DNA from: Actinomycetota bacterium | GTDB taxonomy: Bacteria; Actinomycetota; Acidimicrobiia; Acidimicrobiales; Ilumatobacteraceae | NCBI GenBank assembly: GCA_009698745.1 | Contig: WLPO01000001.1 | Coordinates: 1 to 46,636, forward strand | DNA: 46,636 nucleotides | Direction of reading: 5' to 3' | Shown here: one piece after another, positions 44,195-46,636 of the stretch | How positions within the stretch are numbered: position 1 is the stretch's first letter | Layout: every line of letters begins with the position of its first letter | Position numbers and translations under genes: made by a program | Notes under the pieces: model-generated | Told to the model about the DNA's origin: nothing | The model's input: the letters and a program-made list of their open reading frames with translations, nothing else | Database searches by the model: none

Positions 44195-44776
44195 GTGATC
44201 AACTCATATTGTTGTTTCGTTCTTGCCGGCGGAAAAAGTTCTCGTTTTGGTACGAACAAATCTCTTGCATTATTCGGTGGTCAACACATGGTGCTTGTGG
44301 TGGCCAACAATTTGCAGGCGGCTTTTGGCACTGAGGTGCGACTCATCGGCGCCGATGCACAAACTGTTTTAGAAACACGCTTGGAATTTTATTCTGGCCC
44401 ACGAGAAGGTGACGGCCCGCTCGCAGCGATCATTGATGCGATGGAAAATACGATAAGCGATTACTTTGTCTTTTCGCCGAACGATACGCCGTTTTTTACA
44501 TCGAGTGGTTTTCTTGCTCTGCAAGATCGAATGGAGGCGACGCCCGCCGATGTTGTGGTGGCAGTGGATGATTCTGATGAGGCTCATGCCCATTGGCTCC
44601 TCTCAATCTGGAAGAAATCAACATGTTTGCCAGTTTTGCTCAGTGAATACGAGCGAGGAGTTCGGTCGGTTCACGGCGCTGTCGAAGGGCTACACATTGA
44701 GAGGGTGGCATTTGATGCTGCTTCTGTTCGCAATATTAATGCGCTTACAGATTTGCCCGATCAAGGTACGATTTAG
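44195..44776 (+). CDS. mobA: Molybdenum cofactor nucleotidyltransferase (MobA/MocA-like)
   Basis: LAGGKSSRFG, GPLAAI and DTPF motifs; 193 aa; GTG start after GAG. GTP vs CTP specificity cannot be judged by eye. Confidence 0.8.
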   Translation: MINSYCCFVLAGGKSSRFGTNKSLALFGGQHMVLVVANNLQAAFGTEVRLIGADAQTVLETRLEFYSGPREGDGPLAAIIDAMENTISDYFVFSPNDTPFFTSSGFLALQDRMEATPADVVVAVDDSDEAHAHWLLSIWKKSTCLPVLLSEYERGVRSVHGAVEGLHIERVAFDAASVRNINALTDLPDQGTI

Positions 44777-44793
44777 CACCAGCGACGAAAGGG

Positions 44794-45123
44794 TTGTTCG
44801 TGTCAGTACGAGAAATAACGATTGATGAGTTGAAGCTGGCCCTCGCGAATGGCGCTCAGTTGATTGATGTGCGAGAAGCAGACGAATTTGTATCTGGTCA
44901 TGTACCGGACGCTCAGCATGTTGCGCTAGGAACAGTGCCCGAAAGCCTGGAGATCTTCCGTTCAGATGTTGATGTGTTTGTCATCTGTCAAGCTGGAGGC
45001 CGCAGCCTGCGCGCCTGTGAGTATTTGCACGATCAGGGCATTACGAATGTCGTCAATGTCATCGGTGGCACTTCTGGTTGGATCGCTCTAGGGAACCCCG
45101 TCGATCTCGGCTCACAGCAATAA
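44794..45123 (+). CDS. Single-domain rhodanese-like sulfurtransferase
   Basis: Active-site loop CQAGGRS, flanking DVRE and GH motifs, 109 aa. Alternative start GTG at 44800. Confidence 0.85.
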   Translation: MFVSVREITIDELKLALANGAQLIDVREADEFVSGHVPDAQHVALGTVPESLEIFRSDVDVFVICQAGGRSLRACEYLHDQGITNVVNVIGGTSGWIALGNPVDLGSQQ

Positions 45124-45151
45124 CTATCGGCATCACGCAGCATTCGCCAAC

Positions 45152-46306
45152 ATGAATATTTCTTGGATTGACTCAGATAGTGATTTGTTGTCGCTTTTGG
45201 AAGCGATGGCAGGTTGTGATCGATATGCATTAGACACCGAGTTTCATCGAGAGCGCACATATTTTCCGCAATTGGCGCTGATTCAGATCAAGCACAACAG
45301 CAAGATTTTTTTGATAGATCCGACAGCAGTAACGCTCGCGCTGTTTACAGATCTCTTTGCGTCAAATTCACTATGTGTGTTGCACGCTGCGCAGCAGGAT
45401 CTTGAAGTGCTCAACCATGCTTGTGGTTCCGCTCCTCAACGAATATTTGACACACAAATAGCTGCGGGCTTTATTGGCATGTCTACGCCGTCATTGTCAT
45501 CGCTTATTTTGAGCGAGTTGAAATTCAGCATCAGCAAAGGCGACCGACTCACAGATTGGCTAAGACGTCCGTTGACCCCAGATCAAAAAACTTATGCGGC
45601 CACAGATGTTGAACATCTTTTTGAAATCCAAGACAATCTTGAGAAGCGTTTAAACGAATTGGAACGATTGAATTGGGTGTACGAAGCCTGCGAAGAGTTG
45701 CGATTGAAACCTGCTGGACCGGCTGAACCGGCTGATGCTTGGTTGCGCGTGAAAGAAGCACGTGCACTCAAGGGTCAAGCGCGTGGAGTTGCCCAGGCAG
45801 TGTGTGAGTGGCGCGAGCGTAAAGCTATGGCGGCTGATATTCCTCCACGTCGAGTTCTGTCCGATATGGCAATTTTGGGTATTGCACAGATCATGCCTAC
45901 GTCAGCGGATGAATTGCTCAAGGCAAGGGGAGTAGAGCAGCGCCAGATTGGTGGAGACGTTGGTCGCGAGATACTTGCGGCGGTTGAACGTGGACAGGGT
46001 GTAGTCGTTTCGCTGCCACAGATCGACAACGATGATGTCGACAAGGAACTGCGTCCGGCAGTTGGGTTAATCACTGCGTGGATGAGTGAACTTGCCAGAA
46101 CCCACCACATTGATGCAACACTGCTTGGCACACGTAACGACATTTTGTCGCTACTGCGAAAGTCACCTCAGGGACGTCTCAGCGTTGGCTGGCGAGCGGA
46201 AATAGTTGGCAAAGACATCGAGCGCATCCTGTCTGGTGAGGCTGGACTGAGTTTTAACGGACATGGCAGATTGAGGCTGTTGCCAACCAATAATCAGACA
46301 ATCTGA
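45152..46306 (+). CDS. rnd: Ribonuclease D (DEDDy 3'-5' exonuclease + HRDC domain)
   Basis: ALDTEF (Exo I), HAAQQDLEVL (Exo II), YAATDVEHL (Exo III with Tyr), and a C-terminal HRDC-like region. Confidence 0.85.
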   Translation: MNISWIDSDSDLLSLLEAMAGCDRYALDTEFHRERTYFPQLALIQIKHNSKIFLIDPTAVTLALFTDLFASNSLCVLHAAQQDLEVLNHACGSAPQRIFDTQIAAGFIGMSTPSLSSLILSELKFSISKGDRLTDWLRRPLTPDQKTYAATDVEHLFEIQDNLEKRLNELERLNWVYEACEELRLKPAGPAEPADAWLRVKEARALKGQARGVAQAVCEWRERKAMAADIPPRRVLSDMAILGIAQIMPTSADELLKARGVEQRQIGGDVGREILAAVERGQGVVVSLPQIDNDDVDKELRPAVGLITAWMSELARTHHIDATLLGTRNDILSLLRKSPQGRLSVGWRAEIVGKDIERILSGEAGLSFNGHGRLRLLPTNNQTI

Positions 46307-46414
46307 TCCAAAAGCCACAAAATACGGGCTTATCACGCTAAGATTTACAGCGATGTTTATCCACTAAGTGGTTGCCCCAGCGGTAGCCACCCGATCAAGG
46401 TTCGGAGCCCTACC

Positions 46415-46609
46415 GTGAAGAAGGGTCGTCATCGTCGCTTCGAAGAAGCGCGCAAATTAAAGCAATCCGGTCCTAGCGCAAGTGATCTTGGGCTTGGCGG
46501 ACGTAGCAAAGAAGCACAAACCGAAGAAGATCAATACGCAGCAATTGCCGAGAAATACGGTGTGCGCTTCGATGAAGATGATGAAGAAAGCGATGAGGAA
46601 GAAAACTAA
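46415..46609 (+). CDS. Small protein with a basic N-terminus and an acidic C-terminal tail (DUF3073-like)
   Basis: 64 aa: KKGRHRRFEEARKLK ... YAAIAEKY ... DEDDEESDEEEN. The architecture resembles the conserved actinobacterial DUF3073 peptides. GTG start. Confidence 0.5.
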   Translation: MKKGRHRRFEEARKLKQSGPSASDLGLGGRSKEAQTEEDQYAAIAEKYGVRFDEDDEESDEEEN

Positions 46610-46636
46610 GTAACGCTGCTCCTCCAGCACACCTCA

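Noticed and set aside
1-46636. CRISPR arrays, IS elements, prophage or integrative elements next to the tRNA
   Set aside because: No spaced direct repeats, terminal inverted repeats, transposase or integrase ORFs, or duplicated tRNA 3' ends were seen. The only repeats are the 25-bp and 15-bp tandem duplications described above.

Overview
This is a densely packed, mid-GC chromosomal window with about 46 protein genes and one tRNA. I found no mobile elements, CRISPR arrays, defence genes or transcription factors. The gene content points to an Actinomycetota genome: secG followed by tRNA-Leu, a GuaB1-type IMPDH paralogue, cmk-plsC, DUF3151, a DUF3073-like acidic peptide and an LLM oxidoreductase. 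GTG/TTG starts, 1-4 nt gene overlaps and leaderless-looking promoters are common. Most of the window is housekeeping or transport: a partial Opp/Dpp ATPase, secG, an MFS transporter, a gulonolactone-oxidase-like flavoenzyme, a DEAD-box helicase, panB/panC, a heterodimeric ABC exporter, an M23 peptidoglycan hydrolase, ctaA, livHMGF plus a convergent binding protein, Sua5, GuaB1, cmk, plsC, an M18 aminopeptidase, mobA, a rhodanese and RNase D. The standout is a roughly 10.6 kb minus-strand block (4857-15493) with a divergent aminotransferase (15535-16887). It combines two molybdenum hydroxylases (a fused FeS-MoCo XdhD/MOP-type enzyme and a CoxMSL-type heterotrimer) with an N-terminally truncated SsnA-family amidohydrolase and an LLM flavin/F420 oxidoreductase. 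It also carries two mechanistically unrelated carbamoylases, one nitrilase-superfamily D-carbamoylase type and one M20 AmaB/AllC type. I read this as a candidate uncharacterised N-heterocycle (purine or pyrimidine type) degradation pathway lacking the canonical uricase/allantoinase or dihydropyrimidine dehydrogenase/dihydropyrimidinase steps. Secondary observations:
- a 25-bp tandem duplication of a gene's 3' end
- TANNNT boxes 6-8 nt upstream of ten operon-leading start codons
- an orphan ProA paralogue coupled to a Gfo/Idh/MocA dehydrogenase
- an esterase-panB-panC operon
- an asymmetric ABC exporter with a coupled lipoprotein
- a LivH permease fused to a secreted beta-sandwich domain

All functional calls come from motif recognition by eye. 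No database search was run.
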